From Nemertoderma westbladi (Eukaryota; Animalia; Xenacoelomorpha), in assembly GCA_032718475.1 (NCBI GenBank), contig JAUCBJ010008380.1, forward strand, positions 38,095-102,094: a DNA stretch of 64,000 nt, read 5' to 3'. This document shows, one piece after another, positions 49,851 through 61,231 of this stretch. Numbering within the stretch: the stretch's first letter is position 1; every line of letters starts with the position of its first letter. A program made the position numbers and the translations under genes. The notes below the pieces were generated by a model. That model was not told the origin of the DNA. It worked only from the letters and a program-made list of their open reading frames with translations, and did no database searches.

Positions 49851-52800
49851 GTTATACTGAAACATTGGTAATTGTATTAAATTAACGGGTTCATCTAGTT
49901 ATACTGAAACATTGGTAATTGTATTAAATTAACAGGTTCATCTAGTTATACTGAAACATTGGTAATTGTATTAAATTAACAGTTTCAACCAGTTATACTG
50001 AAACATTGGTAATTGTATTAAGTTAACAGACAGGTTCATCTAGTTATAATGAAACATTGGTAATTGTATTAAATTAACAGGTTCATCTAGTTATACTGAA
50101 ACATTGGTAATTGTATTAAATTAACAGGTTCATCTAGTTATACTGAAACATTGGTAATTGTATTAAATTAACAGGTTCATCTAGTTATACTGAAACATTG
50201 GTAATTGTATTAAATTAACAGGTTCATCTAGTTATACTGAAACATTGGTAATTGTATTAAATTAACAGGTTTATGTAGTTATACTGAAACATTGGTAATT
50301 GTATTAAATTAACAGGTTCATCTAGTTATACTGAACCATTGGTAATTGTATTAAATTAACAGGTTCATCTAGTTATACTGAAACATTGGTAATTGTATTA
50401 AATTAACAGGTTCATCTAGTTATACTGAAACATTGGTAATTGTATTAAATTAAGAGGTTCATCTAGTTATAATGAAACATTGGTAATTGTATTAAATTAA
50501 CAGGTTCATCTAGTTATACTGAAACATTGGTAATTGTATTAAATTAACAGGTTCATCTAGTTATACTGAAACATTGGTAATTGTATTAAATTAACAGGTT
50601 CATCTAGTTATACTGAAACATTGGTAATTGTATTAAATTAACAGGTTCATCTAGTTATACTGAAACATTGGTAATTGTATTAAATTAACAGGTTCATCTA
50701 GTTATACTGAAACATTGGTAATTGTATTAAATTAACAGGTTCATCTAGTTATACTGAAACATTGGTAATTGTATTAAATTAACAGGTTCATCTAGTTATA
50801 CTGAAACATTGGTAATTGTATTAAATTAACAGGTTCATCTAGTTATACTGAAACATTGGTAATTGTATTAAATTAACAGGTTCATCTAGTTATACTGAAA
50901 CATTGGTAATTGTATTAAATTAACAGGTTCATCTAGTTATACTGAAACATTGGTAATTGTATTAAATTAACAGGTTCATCTAGTTATACTGTAACATTGG
51001 TAATTGTATTAAATTAACAGGTTCATCTAGTTATACTGAAACATTGGTAATTTTATTAAATTAACAGGTTCATCTAGTTATACTGAAACATTGGTAATTG
51101 TATTAAATTAACAGGTTCATCTAGTTATACTGAAACATTGGTAATTGTATTAAGTTAACAGGTTCATCTAGTTATTCTGAAACATTGGTAATTGTATTAA
51201 ATTAACAGGTTCATCTAGTTATTCTGAAACATTGGTAATTGTATTAAATTAACAGGTTCATCTAGTTATACTGAAACATTGGTAATTGTATTAAGTTAAC
51301 AGGTTCATCTAGTTATTCTGAAACATTGGTAATTGTATTAAATTAACAGTTTCAACCAGTTATACTGAAACATTGGTAATTGTATTAAATTAACAGGTTC
51401 ATCTAGTTATACTGAAACATTGGTAATTGTATTAAATTAACAGTTTCAACCAGTTATACTGAAACATTGGTAATTGTATTAAGGTAACAGGTTCATCTAG
51501 TTATACTGAAACATTGGTAATTTTATTAAATTAACAGGTTCATCTAGTTATACTGAAACATTGGTAATTGTATTAAGGTAACAGGTTCATCTAGTTATAC
51601 TGAAACATTGGTAATTTTATTAAATTAACAGGTTCATCTAGTTATACTGAAACATTGGTAATTGTATTAAGTTAACAGGTTCATCTAGTTATACTGAAAC
51701 ATTGGTAATTGTATTAAATTAACAGGTTCATCTAGTTATACTGAAACATTGGTAATTGTATTAAGGTAACAGGTTCATCTAGTTATACTGAAACATTGGT
51801 AATTGTATTAAGTTAACAGGTTCATCTAGTTATACTGAAACATTGGTAATTGTATTAAATTAACAAGTTCATCTAGTTATACTGAACATTGGTAATTGTA
51901 TTAAATTAACAGGTTCATCTAGTTATACTGAAACATTGGTAATTGTATTAAATTAACAGGTTCATCTAGTTATACTGAAACATTGGTAATTGTATTAAAT
52001 TAACGGGTTTATCTAGTTATACTGAAACATTGGTAATTGTATTAAGTTAACAGGTTCATCTAGTTATACTGAAACATTGGTAATTGTATTAAATTAACAG
52101 GTTCATCTAGTTATACTGAAACATTGGCAATTGTATTAAGTTAACAGGTTCATCTAGTTATACTGAAACATTGGTAATTGTATTAAATTAACAGGTTCAT
52201 CTAGTTATACTGAAACATTGGTAATTGTATTAAGTTAACAGGTTCATCTAGTTATACTGAAACATTGGTAATTGTATTAAATTAAGAGGTTCATCTAGTT
52301 ATACTGAAACATTGGTAATTGTATTAAGTTAACAGGTTCATCTAGTTATACTGAAACATTGGTAATTGTATTAAATTAACAGGTTCATCTAGTTATACTG
52401 AAACATTGGTAATTGTATTAAATTAAGAGGTTCATCTAGTTATACTGAAACATTGGTAATTGTATTAAATTAACAGGTTCATCTAGTTATACTGAAACAT
52501 TGGTAATTGTATTAAATTAACAGGTTCATCTAGTTATACTGAAACATTGGTAATTGTATTAAATTAACAGGTTCATCTAGTTATACTGAAACATTGGTAA
52601 TTGTATTAAATTAACAGGTTCATCTAGTTATACTGAACCATTGGTAATTGTATTAAATTAACAGGTTCATCTAGTTATACTGAAACATTGGTAATTGTAT
52701 TAAATTAAGAGGTTCATCCAGTTATTCTGAAACATTGGTAATTGTATTAAATTAACAGGTTCATTTAGTTATTCTGAAACATTGGTAATTGTATTAAATT

Positions 52801-54350
52801 AACAGGTTCATCTAGTTATACTGAAACATTGGTAATTGTATTAAATTAACAGGTTCATTTAGTTATTCTGAAACATTGGTAATTGTATTAAATTAACAGG
52901 TTCATCTAGTTATACTGAACCATTGGTAATTGTATTAAATTAACAGGTTCATCTAGTTATACTGAAACATTGGTAATTGTATTAAATTAACAGGTTCATT
53001 TAGTTATTCTGAAACATTGGTAATTGTATTAAATTAACAGGTTCATCTAGTTATAATGAAACATTGGTAATTGTATTAAATTAACAGGTTTATGTAGTTA
53101 TACTGAACCATTGGTAATTGTATTAAATTAACAGTTTCAACCAGTTATACTGAAACATTGGTAATTGTATTAAGTTAACAGGTTCATCTAGTTATTCTGA
53201 AACATTGGTAATTGTATTAAATTAACCGTTTCAACCAGTTATACTGAAACATTGGTAATTGTATTAAGGTAACAGGTTCATCTAGTTATACTGAAACATT
53301 GGTAATTTTATTAAATTAACAGGTTCATCTAGTTATACTGAAACATTGGTAATTGTATTAAATTAACAGGTTCATCTAGTTATAATGAAACATTGGTAAT
53401 TGTATTAAATTAACAGGTTTATGTAGTTATTCTGAAACATTGGTAATTGTATTAAATTAACAGGTTCATCTAGTTATACTGAAACATTGGTAATTGTATT
53501 AAATTAACAGGTTCATCTAGTTATAATGAAACATTGGTAATTGTATTAAATTAACAGGTTTATGTAGTTATACTGAACCATTGGTAATTGTATTAAATTA
53601 ACAGTTTCAACCAGTTATACTGAAACATTGGTAATTGTATTAAGTTAACAGGTTCATCTAGTTATTCTGAAACATTGGTAATTGTATTAAATTAACAGTT
53701 TCAACCAGTTATACTGAAACATTGGTAATTGTATTAAGTTAACAGGTTCATCTAGTTATTCTGAAACATTGGTAATTGTATTAAATTAACAGGTTCATCT
53801 AGTTATACTGAAACATTGGTAATTGTATTAAATTAACAGGTTCATCTAGTTATAATGAAACATTGGTAATTGTATTAAATTAACAGGTTCATCTAGTTAT
53901 AATGAAACATTGGTAATTGTATTAAATTAACAGGTTTATGTAGTTATTCTGAAACATTGGTAATTGTATTAAATTAACAGGTTCATCTAGTTATACTGAA
54001 ACATTGGTAATTGTATTAAATTAACAGGTTCATCTAGTTATACTGAAACATTGGTAATTGTATTAAATTAACAGGTTCATCTAGTTATACTGAAACATTG
54101 GTAATTGTATTAAATTAAGAGGTTCATCTAGTTATACTGAAACATTGGTAATTGTATTAAATTAACAGGTTCATCTAGTTATAATGAAACATTGGTAATT
54201 GTATTAAATTAACAGGTTTATGTAGTTATTCTGAAACATTGGTAATTGTATTAAATTAACAGGTTCATCTAGTTATACTGAACCATTGGAGATTGTGTCA
54301 AACAAAAAGGTTCAACTAGTTATACTGAACCATTGGAAATTGTGTCTAAC
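49851..54350. repeat. 47-bp minisatellite, about 95 copies, GTTATACTGAAACATTGGTAATTGTATTAAATTAACAGGTTCATCTA
   Basis: Regular 47-bp period; degenerate last copies at ~54280-54350; fills most of dynein intron 4. Confidence 0.98.
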
Positions 54351-54424
54351 AAACTTGCTTCACCCATTTACTAAACTTTATTGATGATACGAACGCCATT
54401 GGTTCACTCTGTGTTTGTTTCTAG

Positions 54425-54586
54425 GTGTCCAGTCTGTTATCCAACGTTTACATTCCCGTTATGAACAGACTCACTAAATGGGGTGAACTGAAATCCAAGT
54501 CTCATCCAGATGTAATTAGACTCTTTGGATTTATTGACATGTTTAAAAATTCTCTGGATAGCGCAAACAGATCCGTTGATTTAAAA
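54425..54586 (+). CDS. DNAH5: Dynein heavy chain exon 5 (VSSLLSNVYIPVM..KWGEL...SANRSVDLK)
   Basis: Acceptor tttgtttctag, donor AAA|GTTAGT, phase 0/0. Resembles DNAH5 VRRLLSDIFIPAL...WGEL. Confidence 0.9.
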
Positions 54587-54703
54587 GTTAGTAGAAACAC
54601 AGAAATAATTCGGACAGTTTATATCTGAACGGTTCGGTATCGTATTCGATATCTGAACGGTTCGGGGGCATAAAACTTAAAATCATTATATTTTATACTA
54701 CAG

Positions 54704-54853
54704 GTTAATCTTGGACTCCACCAGCAGGGCGATGTCGTGAGCCAGGCATTGGCTCTCAAGTCGCCAACAGAGTATCCTCAGTTCGTTAGTCTGTTACACA
54801 ACCTAAACCCCCTGGAGACTTTAATGACATTCTGGATAAGGGATATAGAACAG
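54704..54853 (+). CDS. DNAH5: Dynein heavy chain exon 6 (VNLGLHQQ...LKSPTEY...LETLMTFWIRDIEQ), not in the ORF track
   Basis: Acceptor tactacag, donor CAG|GTTAGT, 150 nt open. Resembles DNAH5 VNL...LKEPTDY...IEDCMKVWIKQTEQ. Confidence 0.9.
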
Positions 54854-57750
54854 GTTAGTTACTAGTCTTTAATGACCTTCTGGATAAGGGATATAGAACA
54901 GGTTAGTTACTAGTCTTTAATGACCTTCTGGATAAGGGATATAGAACAGGTTAGTTACTAGTCTTTAATGACCTTCTGGATAAGGGATATAGAACAGGTT
55001 AGTTACTAGTCTTTAATGACCTTCTGGATAAGGGATATAGAACAGGTTAGTTACTAGTCTTTAATGACCTTCTGGATAAGGGATATAGAACAGGTTAGTT
55101 ACTAGTCTTTAATGACCTTCTGGATAAGGGATATAGAACAGGTTAGTTACTAGTCCTTAATGACCTTCTGGATAAGGGATATAGAACAGGTTAGTTACTA
55201 GTCCTTAATGACCTTCTGGATAAGGGATATAGAACAGGTTAGTTACTAGTCCTTAATGACCTTCTGGATAAGGGATATAGAACAGGTTAGTTACTAGTCT
55301 TTAATGACCTTCTGGATAAGGGATATAGAACAGGTTAGTTACTAGTCTTTAATGACCTTCTGGATAAGGGATATAGAACAGGTTAGTTACTAGTCCTTAA
55401 TGACCTTCTGGATAAGGGATATAGAACAGGTTAGTTACTAGTCCTTAATGACCTTCTGGATAAGGGATATAGAACAGGTTAGTTACTAGTCCTTAATGAC
55501 CTTCTGGATAAGGGATATAGAACAGGTTAGTTACTAGTCCTTAATGACCTTCTGGATAAGGGATATAGAACAGGTTAGTTACTAGTCCTTAATGACCTTC
55601 TGGATAAGGGATATAGAACAGGTTAGTTACTAGTCCTTAATGACCTTCTGGATAAGGGATATAGAACAGGTTAGTTACTAGTCCTTAATGACCTTCTGGA
55701 TAAGGGATATAGAACAGGTTAGTTACTAGTCCTTAATGACCTTCTGGATAAGGGATATAGAACAGGTTAGTTACTAGTCTTTAATGACCTTCTGGATAAG
55801 GGATATAGAACAGGTTAGTTACTAGTCCTTAATGACCTTCTGGATAAGGGATATAGAACAGGTTAGTTACTAGTCTTTAATGACCTTCTGGATAAGGGAT
55901 ATAGAACAGGTTAGTTACTAGTCCTTAATGACCTTCTGGATAAGGGATATAGAACAGGTTAGTTACTAGTCCTTAATGACCTTCTGGATAAGGGATATAG
56001 AACAGGTTAGTTACTAGTCCTTAATGACCTTCTGGATAAGGGATATAGAACAGGTTAGTTACTAGTCTTTAATGACCTTCTGGATAAGGGATATAGAACA
56101 GGTTAGTTACTAGTCTTTAATGACCTTCTGGATAAGGGATATAGAACAGGTTAGTTACTAGTCTTTAATGACCTTCTGGATAAGGGATATAGAACAGGTT
56201 AGTTACTAGTCTTTAATGACCTTCTGGATAAGGGATATAGAACAGGTTAGTTACTAGTCTTTAATGACCTTCTGGATAAGGGATATAGAACAGGTTAGTT
56301 ACTAGTCCTTAATGACCTTCTGGATAAGGGATATAGAACAGGTTAGTTACTAGTCTTTAATGACCTTCTGGATAAGGGATATAGAACAGGTTAGTTACTA
56401 GTCCTTAATGACCTTCTGGATAAGGGATATAGAACAGGTTAGTTACTAGTCCTTAATGACCTTCTGGATAAGGGATATAGAACAGGTTAGTTACTAGTCC
56501 TTAATGACCTTCTGGATAAGGGATATAGAACAGGTTAGTTACTAGTCCTTAATGACCTTCTGGATAAGGGATATAGAACAGGTTAGTTACTAGTCCTTAA
56601 TGACCTTCTGGATAAGGGATATAGAACAGGTTAGTTACTAGTCCTTAATGACCTTCTGGATAAGGGATATAGAACAGGTTAGTTACTAGTCCTTAATGAC
56701 CTTCTGGATAAGGGATATAGAACAGGTTAGTTACTAGTCCTTAATGACCTTCTGGATAAGGGATATAGAACAGGTTAGTTACTAGTCCTTAATGACCTTC
56801 TGGATAAGGGATATAGAACAGGTTAGTTACTAGTCCTTAATGACCTTCTGGATAAGGGATATAGAACAGGTTAGTTACTAGTCCTTAATGACCTTCTGGA
56901 TAAGGGATATAGAACAGGTTAGTTACTAGTCCTTAATGACCTTCTGGATAAGGGATATAGAACAGGTTAGTTACTAGTCCTTAATGACCTTCTGGATAAG
57001 GGATATAGAACAGGTTAGTTACTAGTCCTTAATGACCTTCTGGATAAGGGATATAGAACAGGTTAGTTACTAGTCCTTAATGACCTTCTGGATAAGGGAT
57101 ATAGAACAGGTTAGTTACTAGTCCTTAATGACCATTCTGGATAAGGGATATAGAACAGGTTAGTTACTAGTCCTTAATGACATTCTGGATAAGGGATATA
57201 GAACAGGTTAGTTACTAGTCCTTAATGACCTTCTGGATAAGGGATATAGAACAGGTTAGTTACTAGTCTTTAATGACCTTCTGGATAAGGGATATAAAAC
57301 AGGTTAGTTACTAGTCCTTAATGACATTCTGGATAAGGGATATAGAACAGGTTAGTTACTAGTCCTTAATGACCTTCTGGATAAGGGATATAGAACAGGT
57401 TAGTTACTAGTCTTTAATGACCTTCTGGATAAGGGATATAGAACAGGTTAGTTACTAGTCCTTAATGACATTCTGGATAAGGGATATAGAACAGGTTAGT
57501 TACTAGTCCTTAATGACCTTCTGGATAAGGGATATAGAACAGGTTAGTTACTAGTCTTTAATGACCTTCTGGATAAGGGATATAGAACAGGTTAGTTACT
57601 AGTCCTTAATGACCTTCTGGATAAGGGATATAGAACAGGTTAGTTACTAGTCCTTAATGACATTCTGGATAAGGGATATAGAACAGGTTAGTTACTAGTC
57701 TTTAATGACCTTCTGGATAAGGGATATAGAACAGGTTAGTTACTAGTCTT
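54819..57750 (+). repeat. 48-bp minisatellite, about 61 copies, made of the end of dynein exon 6 plus the first 12 nt of intron 6
   Basis: Unit TCYTTAATGACMTTCTGGATAAGGGATATAGAACAG-GTTAGTTACTAG; the first copy overlaps the real exon. Confidence 0.98.
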
Positions 57751-57978
57751 ATGTAGTTGTTGTAGGAAAGATAGACCCTCTAAAAGAATTAAATTATTGT
57801 TGTTGTGGTGTTGACTTCTCTCAATTAGTTCAGTAAAACCAAAACGCGAAATACAATACCAAAATATATAGTTTTTTTTCAACTGTAGAGAGAATGGATT
57901 AATGACCAAATTGTAAATAGAGTAACTGTTACCAATTAACGGATGCAGTACATGGTGTACCGGTATATCCTTTTACAG

Positions 57979-58131
57979 ATTTTAGCGGAAGCCAATCAGA
58001 TCCGTCAGGAAACAGACGACATGGTACCGGCAGCGGAGTTGGACTACTGGAAACGCCGTCTCTGTAAATTTACTTGTCTTCTGGACGAAGTAAAATCCAA
58101 GAAATGTCGGACTGTTGTGATTATGTTACAG
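57979..58131 (+). CDS. DNAH5: Dynein heavy chain exon 7 (ILAEANQIRQETDDMVPAAELDYWKRRLCKF...), start of the DHC_N1 tail region; gene continues beyond the window
   Basis: Acceptor ccttttacag, donor CAG|GTCAGT. Strongly resembles DNAH5 [31 protein letters not shown]. Confidence 0.93.
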
Positions 58132-58185
58132 GTCAGTAACCATAGAAATATTTATACCGGTAGAGAAACCTGATCGTCGACAAGC

Positions 58186-59716
58186 TAGTACCTGTAGACC
58201 ATGGATGGTAGTACCGGTAGTCCATGGACCGGTGATGGTCCGGTAGTACCGGTAGACCATGCATGTATGGTTACCTGTAGTACCGGTAGACCATGTATGT
58301 GGATTGTAGTACCGGCAGACCATCGATGGTAGTACCGGTAGCATGGATGGTAGTACCGGTAGTCCATGGACCGGTGATGGTCCGGTAGTACCGGTAGACC
58401 ATGCATGTATGGTTACCTGTAGTACCGGTAGACCATGTATGTGGATTGTAGTACCGGCAGACCATCGATGGTAGTACCGGTAGCATGGATGGTAGTACCG
58501 GTAGACCATGGACCGGTGATGGTCCGGTAGTACCGGTAGACCATGCATGTATGGTTACCTGTAGTACCGGTAGACCATGTATGTGGATTGTAGTACCGGC
58601 AGACCATCGATGGTAGTACCGGTAACATGGATGGTAGTTCCGGTAGCATGGATGGTAGTACCGGTACACCATCGATGGTAGTACCGGCAGACCATCGATG
58701 GTAGTACCGGTAACATGGATGGTAGTTCCGGTAGCATGGATGGTAGTACCGGTAGTCCATGGACCGGTGATCGTCCGGTAGACCATGCATGTATGGTTAC
58801 CTGTAGTACCGGTAGACCATGTATGTGGATGGTAGTACCGGTAGCATGGATGGTAGTACCGGTAGACCATCGATGGTAGTACCTGTAGACCAGGGATGGT
58901 AGTACCGGTAGTCCATGGACCGGTGATGGTCCCGTAGTACCGGTAGACCATGCATGTATGGTTACCTGTAGTACCGGTCGACCATGTATGTGGATGGTAG
59001 TACCGGTAGACCATCGATTGTAGTACCGGTAGCATGGATTGTAGTACCGGTAGTCCATGGACCGGTGATGGTCCGGTAGACCATACATGTATGGTTACCT
59101 GTAGTACCGATCGACCATGTATGTGGATGGTAGTACCAGTAGACCATGGATGGTAGTACCGGTAGCATGGATGGTAGTACCGGTAGTCCATGGACCGGTG
59201 ATGGTCCGGTAGACCATACATGTATGGTTACCTGTAGTACCGGTAGCATGGATGGTAGTACCGACCGGTAGACCATGCATGTATGGTTACCTGAAGTACC
59301 TGTAGACCATGCATGTATGGTTACCTGTAGTACCTGTAGACCATGCATGTATGGTTACCTGTAGTACCGGTCGACTATGTATGTGGATGGTAGTACCGGT
59401 AGCATGGATGGTAGTACCGGTAGACCATCGATGGTAGTACCGGTAGTCCATGGATGGTAGTACCTGTAGACCATGGATGGTAGTACCTGTAGTCCATGAA
59501 CCGGTGATTGTCCGGTAGTACCGGTAGACCATGCATGTATGGTTACCTGTAGTACCGGTAGACCATGCATGTATGGTTACCTGTAGTACCGGTAGACCAT
59601 GTATGTGGATGGTAGTACCGGCAGACCATCGATGGTAGTACCGGTAGCATGGATGGTAGTACCGGTAGACCATCAATGGTAGTACCTGTAGACCAGGGAT
59701 GGTAGTACCGGTACCT
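58186..59716. repeat. Complex modular tandem repeat built on GTAGTACCGGTAG / ACCATGGATG cores with higher-order units
   Basis: Recurrent ~20-33-bp modules rich in ACCGGT, CCATGG, ATGCAT and ATCGAT palindromes; ~140-bp higher-order blocks at the left. Confidence 0.93.
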
Positions 59717-59719
59717 GTT

Positions 59720-59969
59720 CAATTCTTACCGTAATCGTTTAACATCTACACTTAGGGCTGCTGAAAAAAAATATTACTCTAACCAATTTGAACAAAATTC
59801 CAACAATATCCGTAAAACATGGACTGTTATTAACTCCGTACTTCATAAATCTTCAGCGAAATTATCCCCAAAGAAACTAATCATTAAAACAAATATCCAT
59901 TCCAAAATTATTTCCAACCCTAAAGAAATTGCCGAAACGTTTAATAAACATTTTGCTACTATAGGACCC
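59720..59969 (+). pseudogene. Fragment of CR1/L2-group LINE ORF2 (region before the RT), cut by an LTR-like insertion
   Basis: Translates YRNRLTSTLRAAEKKYYSNQFEQNSNNIRKTWTVIN...NPKEIAETFNKHFATIGP. Confidence 0.75.
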
Positions 59970-61231
59970 TGTAAAAGCTTTTGTGGGATAACTGATACGT
60001 TTGCCTTTGCTGGCCAGTTCCCCCCAGGCGCTGGAATACTCTAAAAAAGGTTTTCTAACTGTATATATATTCCCCTCGCCCGCAAGGTACCTTTACAGGG
60101 GTTTTAACGGACATAAAAGTAATTCTGCTATATACGTGTTTTAGTGGACATGGTAAGACAAAAAACTTGTAATGCACCAACCACCTTTCACAGCTTAGCC
60201 GTGATGATTCATATTACGACATCTAGCAGCTGGTTGCTGACATGGAAACAGCCATTGGCCGCGTGGTTCTTTGTTTGGCTTGGGCCAATCAGGGCGGTTT
60301 TTCCTGTCGACGTGTAGCTTTTCTGCCGATCATAAGGAGAGTGTTCTGTCTTACTGTTTTTTCTTGATACTTTGTTGTTATTGCTGTCTAAGCCAGAAAC
60401 ACCGGCATTTTTGGATAGATACTGCTGTACCGTAAACTGCTTGAATTATCGAAAGTATAAACTGTTACCTAACTCATTAATCATATTGTTTGTACTGTTA
60501 TTTTACCGTCAGTTATTAATTGTAAATATTTGTTGATGGAAATATCGCTATTTGGATAATACGGATAAATCACCCAATTCCCAATTTTCTTGATAACACT
60601 ACAGGTTAGAGAGACCGGCTATACATAACAATTGCGATTTATATTAATGTGGTGTGTATTGAATCCAATGTTATTTAGCAGACCCTACGTGAGTCAATTA
60701 CTGCTCTCTTTATGTGTGATCAAATGTACTGACTGTCGGCAGAATAGTGTGTATGATTGTGATTGGTAACAAAGTATTTCCTAAAGAATACGTTTTATAC
60801 TTTAATCATAAGCAGTATCGTTGCGTTTAGTATAAGTCTTAGTTCTGTTTAAATAGATAAAGCGCCACGTTGCACGTCCTAAAGGAACTGTTAATATTTC
60901 CCGAAAGCCAATAATATCTGTCAGAGATTAATTATTAACGATCTATCGAATAATACATTAGGTATACACTGCAACCTTACACTGTAATAATACAATTCAA
61001 GCATCCGAATTCAGTCTCCCGGGTGTAGATCCATCGGGTGAATGATCGCGCATGGGCTGACTTCGGCTAATGTTTTGCGTATTAGCATAAATTATTGTCG
61101 TATGCTAAAGTGGTTTTAATTAACGAAAAGACATATAAATTTTGGCAGGTTAAACTGCTAAAGGTCTTCGAAAGCGCGAACAGTAACAGTTTATTTGTAT
61201 TGCAGTGTAAGCATTAAAGACAGTTTAATAC

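Noticed and set aside
2864-57750. CRISPR-like appearance of the regular 27-, 47- and 48-bp arrays
   Set aside because: No unique spacers, no cas genes, and the context is intron-containing eukaryotic DNA.
58126-59676. Many minus-strand ORFs (YRYYH/TTGTT repeats)
   Set aside because: These are translations of the modular tandem repeat in all frames.
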